Below are positions 26,096 to 37,623 of a stretch of DNA of 64,000 nt, piece by piece; the first letter of the stretch is position 1; the number at the start of each line of letters is the position of its first letter. This DNA comes from Sphyrna mokarran (Eukaryota): contig JAGIQG010000001.1 in NCBI GenBank assembly GCA_024679065.1, forward strand, positions 111,538,001-111,602,000, read 5' to 3'. A program made the translations under genes and the position numbers. The notes beneath the pieces were generated by a model. The model worked only from the letters and a program-made list of their open reading frames with translations, did not search any database and had not been told where the DNA came from.

Positions 26096-27464
26096 AAGGT
26101 TCATTGATCTCGGGTGGGATTTTATGGTTTTGAGATGAGCAAGGTCATAAAATCCTGCCCGTAGAGTTGACTCGACTCTGTGATTCTGGCCCTTAATTTC
26201 AGCTGACGCACCGCCCCCTACCACTCCCTACTGATATATCATACCACATCAATAGCATTATAAACTGTAAATGATCACATCATAAAGTATATCATAACCA
26301 ATGTATGATCACAGCAAAATTTGCTTGAAATAACTTGGGCAAAGAAATGCAAATTTTTCAAACGAGGAGATTTTAGCACATCCGCTCAATATAAAGTGTA
26401 TGTTCCGTTTGACTGTACATTGAGAATTATATTGGAAAAATAAGTATTTACTCTTTTTAAGGAATTATAGATACAAGTTCATCATGCTTTCCCAAGTCTT
26501 TGTTAAACCCTTGTCTAAAACACTTGGGATCGTGCATAAAGTGTTTTCTTTCAATTGGCGGTCTTCTCTCTAATGTAAAAATGCTGTTAATTTTCACATG
26601 GGAAACACACTTTACAAGATATGATAATTTGTCATAATTATGCTCCATTAAATATTACTGATGCTTTTATAGTGCATTTACATGATTATAATATTCATGA
26701 GTAATATCAGTTGCATTTAATTGAACTGAAGAGTTAGGAGGTGATTAAAATATCCAAGTTTTTTAAAAAATAGTTTGTCACGTTTCTGTTTTTCAGACAT
26801 TTATTCTATAAACATTCGGGTTTGTTTAAAAAGATTGAGAACAGAGTGATTTGAATGGATTTGAAAAGTACATTATATTTCCTGTATGTTTTGTGATTCC
26901 TTTAAAATATTCACTGCTGCAAGTCTATACATCTGAGCGTCAGACTCTAATTAGGACGGATAACGGCCAAATCACTCATCTCGATTGAAATATTGCAAGA
27001 TTACCAACAAATAATTGAATTCTCCAAAATCCCAATCTTAGCAGTGGTGTAAATTAAAACTTCAGTGCTCATTTTTAATACTATTCAGATCATTGTGATG
27101 TAAGTGTTGTTAACAATTGTGGCAGACTGAAAGAAGGTGTTGTGCCATCTTAAGTATGAAACTATCTGTTCTGTCATTATTAACTAAGGAACAGGCAGTG
27201 ACCTTTTATATGACATCCACGCGTTTAATGATTAAATTGGCAAAATTGCGCACTTCAATCAGCCAGTGTGTCGTTTTTCAGCCTCTTTTTTGAATTCACA
27301 CCTGTAATGTTGTCTCTTGCCATTCTGAGTTGAGCATTGGCAGATGTATTTTTACATTTTTTCCTCAGCTTGTTACCTGTACCAAAAAATTAGCCTAGCT
27401 CTCAGAAGTAAAAAGCTTTTTTGCTGCAATTATAAGTATAAAATCCATTGCAATCTCCATAGAC

Positions 27465-27780
27465 GATGAGTGGCACAGTGGTTAGCACTGCTGCCTCACA
27501 GCGCCAGGGACCCAAGTTCAATTCCAGCCTCAAGTCACTGTGTGTATGGAGTTTGCACATCCTTCCTGTGTCTGTATGGATTTTCTCCAGGTGCTCTGGT
27601 TTCCTCCCACAGTCCAAAAATGTGTGGGTTAGTTTGATTGGCTGGGTTAAATTGCCTGTTGTGTCGGAGGATTAGCAGGGTAAATATGTGAGGTTACAGG
27701 GATAGAGCACGAGTTGGATTGTTGTCAGTGTAGACTTAATGAGCCAAATGACCTCCTTCTGCACTGTAGGGATTCTATGA
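27465..27780 (+). mobile_element. HE1-type V-SINE, full length
   Basis: gtggcacagtggttagcactgctgcctcacagcgccagggaccc...ccttctgcactgtagggattctatga. Confidence 0.95.
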
Positions 27781-28534
27781 ATGTTTAACAAGAAGCAGAT
27801 CACAGGATAAAGGAACCATCGACAGTTTCCTTTTTACCAGCAAATCTACTGCTGTCATACATAGTAGGTTGTTGTTCAGCATTTATAAAGAGGACACTCA
27901 AAATGAACCTTTATTTTCTCATGGAGTTTCCAAATCTTAAATAACTTGGATATTTCAATAATTTTAAGTGATTATCCGACCGTTGCTTGATGCAGACATG
28001 TAGTAACAATGCAGTGGAACAGTTAATCAGATAGTCGCTTTATTCCCATTTCTTGTACCAGAGCCAACCTGTGTTTGAATCACCACCACTGTTGGAAATT
28101 GGCTCATTCTGTCAAAATGCAAAAGAACAGTTAAAGACAAAGTGCTTTTGTAACAGGCACGCCAAATGTCACTGATAAATTAGGGAAAAGTAAGTTTTCT
28201 TGGATTCTCAGTGTGCAGTTGGCATTTCTTGGATTAAACAAGTAGAAAAATGAAGTGATAAAGACTTGGGCACATGTAGTTTTATTTTTTGTTACACACA
28301 TTTTACTGTAATAAAATTACATAGCAGTCACAATCCATTGCAGAATTAAATGTCTAGCTTATTAATAACAACATAAAAGTGAATAGATCTTCAGATGTTA
28401 TTGCAAGTTCCCTGTGCAGATTTGATTCACCAACAAAACTCTTAAAAAGCGTAATTAGTCCATTTTCTGCACATCCTCCCCAAGCACACATACCACTCTA
28501 TTTCTCTTAATCCCAAACCTGTCATCAGTAACAG

Positions 28535-28708
28535 GAAAGTACTGCAGATACTGGAAATTTGAAATAAAGACAGGAAATGCTGGATAAGCTCAGCAAATCT
28601 GGCAGCATCTGTGGAGAGTGAAGCAAAGTTAACATTTCAAGTCCAATATAACTCTCCTTCAGATGTTGTCAGACTTGCTGAATTTTTCCAGAACGTTCTG
28701 TTTCTTTC
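28535..28708 (-). mobile_element. Penelope-like pLTR fragment (second family) with internal inverted repeat and degenerate hammerhead
   Basis: tactgcagatactggaaatttgaaataaagacaggaaatgctgg...ctggcagcatctgtggagag. Minus strand reads ctgaagg-a-gagtt-atattg-gactt-gaaa-tgtt. Relatives at 47371-47467 (+) and about 12690-12785. Confidence 0.6.
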
Positions 28709-28807
28709 CTCTTCAGAGTTAACATTAGAGCAGCCACACAATGGCATGCGGAAAACAGAAATCAGAATTCAAGCAGTCACTCTTAATTCACAGGAATATT
28801 GTAAAGT

Positions 28808-29010
28808 AGGCCGGAACTTTATGGCCGTCACGCTGGTGAGATCTCTCAATCCCACCGATAGTACTCCACATGACTGCCGAGTGGAATGGGATGGATTCAT
28901 TGGGAAATTCTTCTGAGAGCAGCCAGACCAAAAGATGCCGCCATTGGTGAATGGCATGTTGCCTCTTGCCATGAGAAACACACAGTGGGGAAACCAGAAA
29001 ATCTCGCCCG
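28808..29010. mobile_element. MITE-like element
   Basis: GC-rich block bounded by ggccggaacttt...aaaatctcgccc, the same terminus class as other short elements in the window. Confidence 0.45.
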
Positions 29011-29117
29011 TAATGCTTGGATTGAGTATCAATCTTTCCTTGTAGGGAGCTTAGTAAAGCAACTTGTGGTTGATGTAGGATTTTAAGTTAACGATTGTCG
29101 TTGTAAACAAAACCAGT

Positions 29118-29230
29118 GAATATAGGAGGAGCAGGTAGGCCATTTGGTTGTTTGAGCCTAATTTGCCACTCAATGAGATCATGGTTGACCTGCCTTCAAA
29201 TCTCTTAATACTTTGGGAGAACAAGATTAT
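29118..29230 (-). mobile_element. CR1 LINE 3' end fragment
   Basis: ggagcaggtaggccatttgg...gagatcatggttgacc. Confidence 0.65.
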
Positions 29231-30536
29231 ATAGAGAATTAAACAAAGGAGGAGTGCTTTACAAGTAGGTTATTATTTATTTGGCTTTGTATCTGAAACT
29301 AGAGGGGATTTTGTATCTGAAACTAGACCTGTCTGGGCTGGGAGGGATGTCAATCACAGGATGACCTGCCTCTTCTTGGGCTTATTGAGGCCCTTAAGTA
29401 GCCAGTTAATGGCTACTTAAGGTTCTTGTCCCATCTCCATCAATATTTTACCCACAACAAGGAGAGATTCAAGCCATGTGTGAAGCCTGGCAGGTTTGGC
29501 TGTGCTGACTGGTGTTGAGTAGATGTGTGAGGCCCAACCGCAGCACACCCCACAGTCATACTTCTACCTTTACCCTCCCCTCTTAACTCTCAGAGTAGGC
29601 CTTACCCAGCCCCTTCTCACTGAGGCCTGCCACCTGATTCCAAGATTACTCCTGGCCTATCTCTGAATCTGAACTGCCTACAGTGGCCATCACTCTCCCT
29701 GACATTTTGAGGCCTATAGAGTTGCTGGCCTTCCAGTTGGCTGGTGGTTCTCAAAGGTGGGACTTCCTCCCGAGATAGGGGCACAAGTCTCACCTTAAAC
29801 CAATTAATGCTGCAGCCAGAATTAAACTGATGCAGGAAAGCCATCAGAATGTAGGTGGACTCACCCCACTAGTCGCAGGGGGCGTGGGGTGGCGGAGGTA
29901 CCACAGCATCCCTTAAGCCCAACCCCATATATTTCTATTCATGCATGCAAATGACAATCTTTCAATAACTGCAGTCATTGTGAATAACAACAGATGGGCT
30001 TCCTCTATTGAGTGTTGAACCTCAAAGTTCAATTATACGGGGGGGACAAAAAGTGCTGGCAGCTCTTTGCAAATATGAAAAGGATATCTGATATCTGAAC
30101 CTTGAGCCTCTGCCTTCTGCTGCATACTCAGTGCATACCAGCCATTGTTTACTCAAAAATAGACCAAGAACAACTTCTACCCTTCTGCAGATTGAAATGA
30201 GGGGAAGAGGGTAAAATTGGCTCTATTTTCAAACAGAATGTCACGTGACAATAATGTCCACTGAATAGATTAAGCTTCAAGAGATAATGACATCAGGAGG
30301 CGTTGATATTTATACTGTATCACTATTAGCAGCACAAATGAGTCATTGCAAGAAAAAGTATCAAATATTATAGAGGTAGTTTCAGTCTCCCAGGGCGATT
30401 TCAGATGGTAACTCTCTGCTCCTGATGCCACCTCTGGCAAATCTCCTGAGCAACAGCTATGGTTATCGGATTACTATTTAACTTGAAAGTTCCTCCGACT
30501 CAACATTGCTACACATTTCTGCAGGACTTTCCCTGT

Positions 30537-30761
30537 AAGAAGTCTGACAGCACCAGGTTTAAATCCAACCGATATATTTGATAGTGAACTCACAAGCTTT
30601 CGACCCTCTGATCTTCGTCAGGAGAACACCTCATTCACCTGACGAAGACAAGAGGGTCGAAAGCTTGTGAGTTTACTATCAAATAAATCAGTTGGATTTA
30701 AACCCGGTGTTATCAGACTTCTTACTGTGTTTACCCCAGTCCAACGCCAGCATCTCTACAT
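30537..30761 (+). mobile_element. Palindromic mini Penelope-like element with 15-bp flanking direct repeat
   Basis: 88-bp inverted arms 30535-30622 and 30638-30725, a unique tail to 30761, and caggactttccctgt repeated at 30522-30536 and 30762-30776. Confidence 0.85.
30633..30672 (+). ncRNA. Minimal type I hammerhead ribozyme motif
   Basis: AUUCAC-CUGACGA-A-GACA-AGAG-GGUC-GAAA-GCUU-GUGAGU. Stem I AUUCAC/GUGAGU (6 bp), intact CUGANGA and GAAA core, stem II GAC/GUC, palindromic AGCU stem III, predicted cleavage after 30666. Confidence 0.75.
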
Positions 30762-33700
30762 CAGGACTTTCCCTGTCCAGCATCCATAGAAATTCACAAC
30801 ATCATTCAGAGAACTCTGCAGGACCAGAGTAGAATTGGAGGAAAACAGGATGCGTACCCTTTCTTTATGTCACTAGCAGCATCATCCAGTTAAATTGTTT
30901 GTGAGTGCATAAGTGAGTGAGAGATGTGTTGATTGGTAATGTGGGTGAGGCGGTGGGTCAGTTTGTAGGTGGGTCGGGAGGTAGTTGGATGGTTGAGTCC
31001 AGCTGGGTGAGTTAGTCAAGTGGTTGGAAATGGGGGGTGGTTAGCTAGTTGGGATAGAAGGTTGTCAGGTAACCTGGAGATGGTCAGGGGGAGATTGGGG
31101 ATTAGTCAAAGGGTCATGTTGTGCAGTTCCAGATGCCTGACTAGTTTTTAATGTATCTAATATTTCCTGGGTAACCAACCTGGTAAGGACCATGAAACGG
31201 TCCCAAATTTTTATAAGAGCAAAGCATTACAAGGGACAACAAGAGTTGGACGTGAGCTGAATGAAAAGAGACAGAGCAAGAGGAAATGGGGATGTCTTCC
31301 TCTATCTGACCCCAAAAATTTAACTCAGAAACGTTCTCACTGGATTTGGGGTAGCCGGAGAATTTCCCATTAGATGTTGAAACTTCCCAGGCAATTTCCA
31401 CTTAGGTCAGTGCCTTAGGACTTCCACAGGATCCCTACAAATGGCTTTGGTCATACAATCCAGGAAGCAGAATTGAGCCTGCATGATCTCTTTCTGCTCT
31501 TTACCAAAGATTTGCCAGCATTTTCCTGCTGTTCCTCATGACACAATGCACTGAGCTAACTGATGTTGTCTCTGTTTTATCACAATGACTATTGGCTGCT
31601 TCTGAGACATTTTATGATGTGTAAATGACGTTACATCTGTAAACGGAGAAATTTGTAGGATTCCTTGGGGGGATATTGTACTATGACAGCACACATACCT
31701 TAATCATTTGTATTTGTAAACAACATGATTGTTGTTTTTTCAGAAGGTAATGCTTCCTTTCATTATAGTGTTATTAATTATTCATGGTATTGAATTCGTA
31801 GCTGAGGAATTGTTACAGCACCCCCTTCCCCCCCAAAAAAGAATTTTATTAAGGGAAATCTGGTTTTGATTTTGGTTTGACAGAAAGCTCCATAGTAAAG
31901 ATGTTTAGAGTCAGAACCTTGTTCCAGTTACAGCTGCGAATCTGGAGAATTAAGTTTGCTTATTAACCAACATTTTTCATCTTTACTTTTGCAATGTTTA
32001 TTGAGCTTGCCATATATAAATGCTATATATGGTATGTTGTTGACCAAGAAATATGCTATTGAAGCAATGCCTGTGTAGGGAATTAATGTACAATGTAAAG
32101 TACATGCTCCACTCTGGCATGTCTGTGCTTTGTTTTAAAATGTCTTGTAATGGTGATGAGGGCATTGATGATGAAGAGGGCATCCCAATTATTGGACACC
32201 AGCCATCAGCCTCAGAGAATGTGTTTAATGAACCCCTGCTCGACAGCCCAGGGTGAACTTCCGTCTCCTACCAGGAGAAGTGGAAAGATGACACTGTAGA
32301 GGGAAGTGGACTACAAGTTCGTTTGCACACATTGAATTGAGAATATGCCTTGCCTTTTGGAGCTGGAGCTGGAAATGGGTGGGTTTTGCTGCATTGCCAA
32401 CTACCTATCAACAAAATGTGACTGTTTCATGAACAAAATGTATGCTCCAAGGCAGCTGCACAACTGGATAGCTGGTCTCTGGCAGATAGCCTGATATTCC
32501 CCTTTTAATGAATGTGCATGATTATTCTATAAAGTCTCTGCCCCTGCTCACACGTGCACAATTATCCCCACATGTATTGTGTGATGCAAATACACACTGG
32601 TGAATAGTAGAAAGCCCAGACAGTTTGTACATATGTTCTCAGGCCTTTCGCAAGAAAGGAATGAGTTATTAACTCCCTTGAATGTTTATTGGGATGCTAG
32701 TGATGGTGCTATACATACATTTATTTACTGTGGGTGTCTTGAAAGAATATGATAATTTTAACATTTTCACATTGCAGTAACACTGTGAAAGTTATGCCAC
32801 AGTGTTGCCACTGGCAGCTCTTAATTAGCTTCATCTCCGAGAGGAAATGAGACTGACATTGTTATCTAGGCCCTTAGATTGGAGTTGAATTTAGTTTCAT
32901 CTTAGATTTTTTTTTCTTTGACCCTTGTTTCATCTGACAGTATACCCAGAGAAAATTAATGTCATCTTTCTTCTCACCTCTGCTGCAAATTTTAACAATT
33001 GAGTTTCCATCAGTATTTGCATTCAACGTTTTTGTCTTTAGTTTTCATAATAAAACATTTTATATTTAACTTGTTGCCATATATATGCAGTTGAGCAGCA
33101 TTTTATACCTCCTTAATGTGTTTTTCTTCTGTTAATGGAGGGTGCATTCTTAATAGTCATTAAACATGACAAGTACAGCTTTCATGTTTATATGGCCTCA
33201 CCTTTCATGAAGTTCAGTGCATTGCAAATGATAATGCTAACAGTGACAGTATTAACAAATAACACTTAATTTAAGACAACTAAAATACAGTCCCAAATGT
33301 AAACTAATGTTTTTCTCAAAAAAACTGCTTGGGGGTGTACCATTATGCATTTTGACATTTTTGACACTTGAGGGTTAAAGGTAAGTTTTAGCTGAATTAC
33401 ATTAATGTATTGTACACAATGCCGAGAATATGGGAATGAAACATTTGGTTGGCTGAGAGCGTATAATTGTGAGATATTTGCAAACTGGAAACCTGAAAAG
33501 AGATGGAATAAATTTTGTTAGTTCAGTTGAGTGCAAGAACCCTCGGTACCAACAGGATATATAAAAATATCACAGACATTCTTGCATACACAGGTATATT
33601 GTGGTTGGAGAATCACATAAAGACACATATATGTGCTTGTCCAATGACTCAGCCAGCTAGTGGGATTCCCTTGTGGCAGAATTGTAGTGAAGAACAAGGA

Positions 33701-36700
33701 AGGAGTGTTAGCTATAGTTTTTTTAATAAACGTGTTAATATTGTTTATGGCAGTTCAGAGATTACTCTGTTCCAAGATGGGTTACTAGAGTTTGAAGTGG
33801 AAATAGAGGGAACGCAAGTGAAGAAAAGTTTGGAAGAACTTTCTGCTGAAATATGTGAAGCAAGTATCAGATTTATTTCAAAAACGAAAAGTTGGATCTT
33901 AACTTGTATAATTTTAGTGGCACATTGGCAGAACACCCTGTGAAAGAGCAGAAGTTTCTGTGTAAGTCTTTCACCAGCATTCTGCCGATGTTACAATGAG
34001 AAATCAGACTAATTGCCATGGAAATGGAGGGCCTTGGTATTTTCGATATGGGATTGAGAAAGATAAAAAGATAAATACTGCTATTATATACCTCCATTTT
34101 TTATATAAAGAATTATTCTTTTTCAATTCTCAGTATGAACACAAAATAAATGCTGAATAAAAAATAATTAAGACAGTTGGAATACAGTTGAAAATATAAA
34201 GTTTCAACTGTGTGCTTGTCTAAATCATCTAAAGTTAAAGTTTTAAAATTTATTCATTAGTGTCACAAGTAGACTTACATTAACACTGCAATGAAGTTAT
34301 TGTGAAAATCTCCTAGTTGCCACTTTCATTCATTACATTTACACAGACTTTTGATAGATTTTGCAAGGAAATGTGCAGCAATGACAAATCTATTCGGCAT
34401 AGTGACTTCTCCAGGGGATCCTATGTAAACAGGGGAAGCTGCTGTGCATCTTCTTCTTCAATCAGATTGGCAAATTCTTAATGAAGCACGCAGGTTCTGA
34501 ACTAGAAAGTACAAATCAAAATGATTCATTCAATGTTAGATCAGATGCACAAAAGCAGAATAAAACAGGGAAAGATATATGGGATTAAAACAGAGAGTTA
34601 AGGGGGGACAGAAACTGTAAATAAAATGTAATTGCACTTCATAACCTCAAGCAATAATTAAAATCTGAAGGCATGAGACTCAACACTTGCAAAATTCAAT
34701 TTTCAATAGCTTAAAGAGATTGTTAAGCAGTAACTAAGACTTATCATTACTTATACTTATCATTACTTACACCTTAAGTTAACCTGATGAGTTAGAAGGA
34801 GTATATCACATAAACATGGTAACTTCACAGTACTTAATGGCTTGGATAAGTACTAGTATAGCCAATTTCTGGAGAAGGTCAACTCAGACAGCAGTTTCCG
34901 GATTTTACCTTTGTGTGTGTCTAGTCAGCGGTGATGGCTGATAGCTAAACCATTATTTCTACATCAGAATATGGAGCAATTTAAGAATTGGACTGAGAAG
35001 GAAGGTGAATTAAAGGGATGATATCAATGTTAAATCAGGAACTGAAAGAGAAGCAGAGATTGAGAAGGGAAGATCATGAAGCGACAAAGTGGAAGTAAGA
35101 TTTTTTCACAAATTTGGCTATTTTAATAAGCTCCCAAAATATTCAAAACTCAGTTAATTTTACAGGGAGATGAGCAGAAATGAACAATTATCCCATTGTC
35201 ATAATCGTGCGTGTACTACTAATACTGGCCCTAAGTACCTGTGGTGTGTTTAGTTTGGATCTGACTAACCAATACACCAACTTTATAACATGTAGTGCCA
35301 TCAATGGGGAATTAACAACATCACAAATGCTTAAGAAGAGGTAAATAACCATGAATGGTATATGACACAAGATCTTCTCTGGAGCTGTTCATGACTTCTG
35401 TGGCTTTGATGAGCCATTTAAATCCATTTGCCAAGACATAGTAACTATGGCTAACTTGATAGGCTTCTCTGAAGTGGACCTACATTGAAAAGGTGCTGGA
35501 TTCCCACAGTGAAGCACTGACCAACGAAAAGTCAATGCAGCTTGAGCAGGAGTAAGGTCTATCAGGGGATGATGAAGAAGAGAAGAAAGCAATGCAAAAC
35601 AAGCAACTAACATTGCAATGCATGAGAGGGAGCTTCCGATCTCATTGAAGAAGCATCAGAAACTTTTAAAGATAATAAACCTTCTTTGACAAGAAGTTTA
35701 AAAGTTCAGCAGAGAAATTGAAAGGGTTATCAGGTTCCAGAGAGTTGTACAAAGAAAAGCAAAAGTACAATAGAACAATCCATTCTGCAAATCTGTCATT
35801 CACCAAGACAGTCAACATATACAGGTAGCAGAAAGTGAGAGAAAAAAACGCTCCAATTTCCTTCGCCCTCCTTCCCACCTCATTCATTTATGGTGTGTGT
35901 GTTTTTTTTCTTTTGCATTGTGCTTTACACTTTATTTATTTTTGGTGTATAAATAAGATATGATTAATGCTTGTAATGTGTTGGGGATTAAAATCTTGGG
36001 TTGGGAACACATCTAATATTATATACATTTAATGAGAACATTTGCTTTAATGTAAGTTGTTTTGAATTGAGTAATGAGCCTGAATTTTAGCTCAGAAGGA
36101 AAGCCCCACATATGCTCCCATTAAAGGTTTTCTCCTGCACAGCGTCACTTGTTAGGCTAGTGGGCTCAGATATCTCTGGGTGGGAAAACATAAAAAGTTG
36201 ATATTCTTGATCTCAGGTGGGAAGATAGAGGAGATCCTGCCATCGGAAGCCCCCTTCTCAATTGGGTGTGCCTTCTTCTCAAAAACGGACTACCTTCAGA
36301 GTCCTTCTTGCTTCTCCCAAGCCTATCTCCATAATCTATTCACTCTCTTGCAGTCCCAACCCCCAGGGCATCCCCAGTCCTCCCCTCCTCGGGAACTCAG
36401 TCACTAGCCTTCACACCAGCTCCCAATATTTAGTTTTAGGCACAGTGCTGCAGTACCTCTTCCAACCACTGCCACACTGATGGGCTAACGGCTCTCTGAG
36501 GTAAGACTTCCTTTCATGTGCAGGTGGAAGTCTTGTCTCGCCTGCTGCTAATCAACACTTAACTGATCGTAAAAATTGCGGATCTGTCAGTCAGCAGAAT
36601 TGATCATAAAATTTGCAAGTCTATCAAAGTCAGCAAGGACATGTTCTCCACTGACTCTTGGCCCCAGCATCAAAAAACTTAGGCCAAGCTTTCCAGGAAT

Positions 36701-37291
36701 GTATCTGCTCTTAAAATGGAGGTATTTCTATATTCTGGCAAATTACTCCATCTAGATTTTGAAGAACCAGGCCAAATCAAAGCACACAACAAGATTTAAA
36801 GTGTTTTTGATTATAATGGCACTGTTAACATATATCATCTAGTTATGATGGATAGTGCTCTGACTATTTAGCCACCTGATTTAGGATTTAGAAATGATCA
36901 TACTTAAGGGGAACAACACTGGAAGATTATATTATGATGTTTTTGCGTCATCAAACATATATTTTTATGTTTTTCAAATGGTGTGTGGCCCAGATTATGA
37001 TATGTACTGATTTTGAAAGAAGAAGTGGAAATACAGGATGCCTTTCCAGTGGCTGCTGCAGGCTCACACCTGCAGTTAGCTGTTCAAGAGGAATGATTCA
37101 TGTCTCCCATTTCCTTTTCCAGCCATTATCATGGTCCAACAGCAGACCCATATGTGATGGGCAGAGAAGTTCATGTAAAAGACACAACAGGAGGATAAGA
37201 TGAGCAATTTTTAGGCTATTTATTGAGAACCTAATAAGCTGTTTTGGAGTTAATTGCCCTGGAAATATTTTTTTCCAGTGGATTCCCCAAT

Positions 37292-37419
37292 GACCGGAAT
37301 TTTACCGGCGCCCCCACCCCCGATTCTGGGGGCGGGCGAGGCTCTGAGAACAGCGTTCCCTATTGGCCTGGAGCGGGATCACATGAACCTTGAGCAGACA
37401 TGCTGGTAAAATTCAATCC
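37292..37419. mobile_element. Short MITE with terminal inverted repeats
   Basis: gaattttaccggc (37297-37309) and gctggtaaaattc (37402-37414) are 12/13 complementary; CpG-rich interior. Confidence 0.65.
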
Positions 37420-37590
37420 CACATTGGAAGAAGAGGCAAGGAGCAGAGGAGGGATACCAGACAGTTCAGGATGCACCAGAGGCTACTCTGTATCCATCTA
37501 TCTGTATCGTAATACCCACATCTTCAGGCAGGAGTGCTTTTCACAAAGTATGAACAAACAGGTGGATGCCTGATAGGGCATAATGCTGAA

Positions 37591-37623
37591 TAATCGAGAT
37601 GTTTCCCGGAAACATCTCGATTA
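37591..37623. repeat. Perfect 33-bp palindrome centred on TTCCCGGAA
   Basis: TAATCGAGATGTTTCC-C-GGAAACATCTCGATTA (16-bp arms, 1-nt spacer). Confidence 0.95.

Noticed and set aside
30239-30250. TGTCACGTGACA palindrome (CLEAR/E-box)
   Set aside because: A single 12-bp motif in 64 kb is plausible by chance, with no supporting context.
32053-32340. Acidic protein-like frame (GDEGIDDEEGIPIIGHQPSASENVFNEPLLDSPG*)
   Set aside because: No good acceptor or donor, an in-frame stop, and no family I recognise; cannot be supported as an exon.
33515-33943. 142-aa ORF on + strand
   Set aside because: Non-ATG start, no recognisable domain or ANTXR similarity, and no convincing splice sites.
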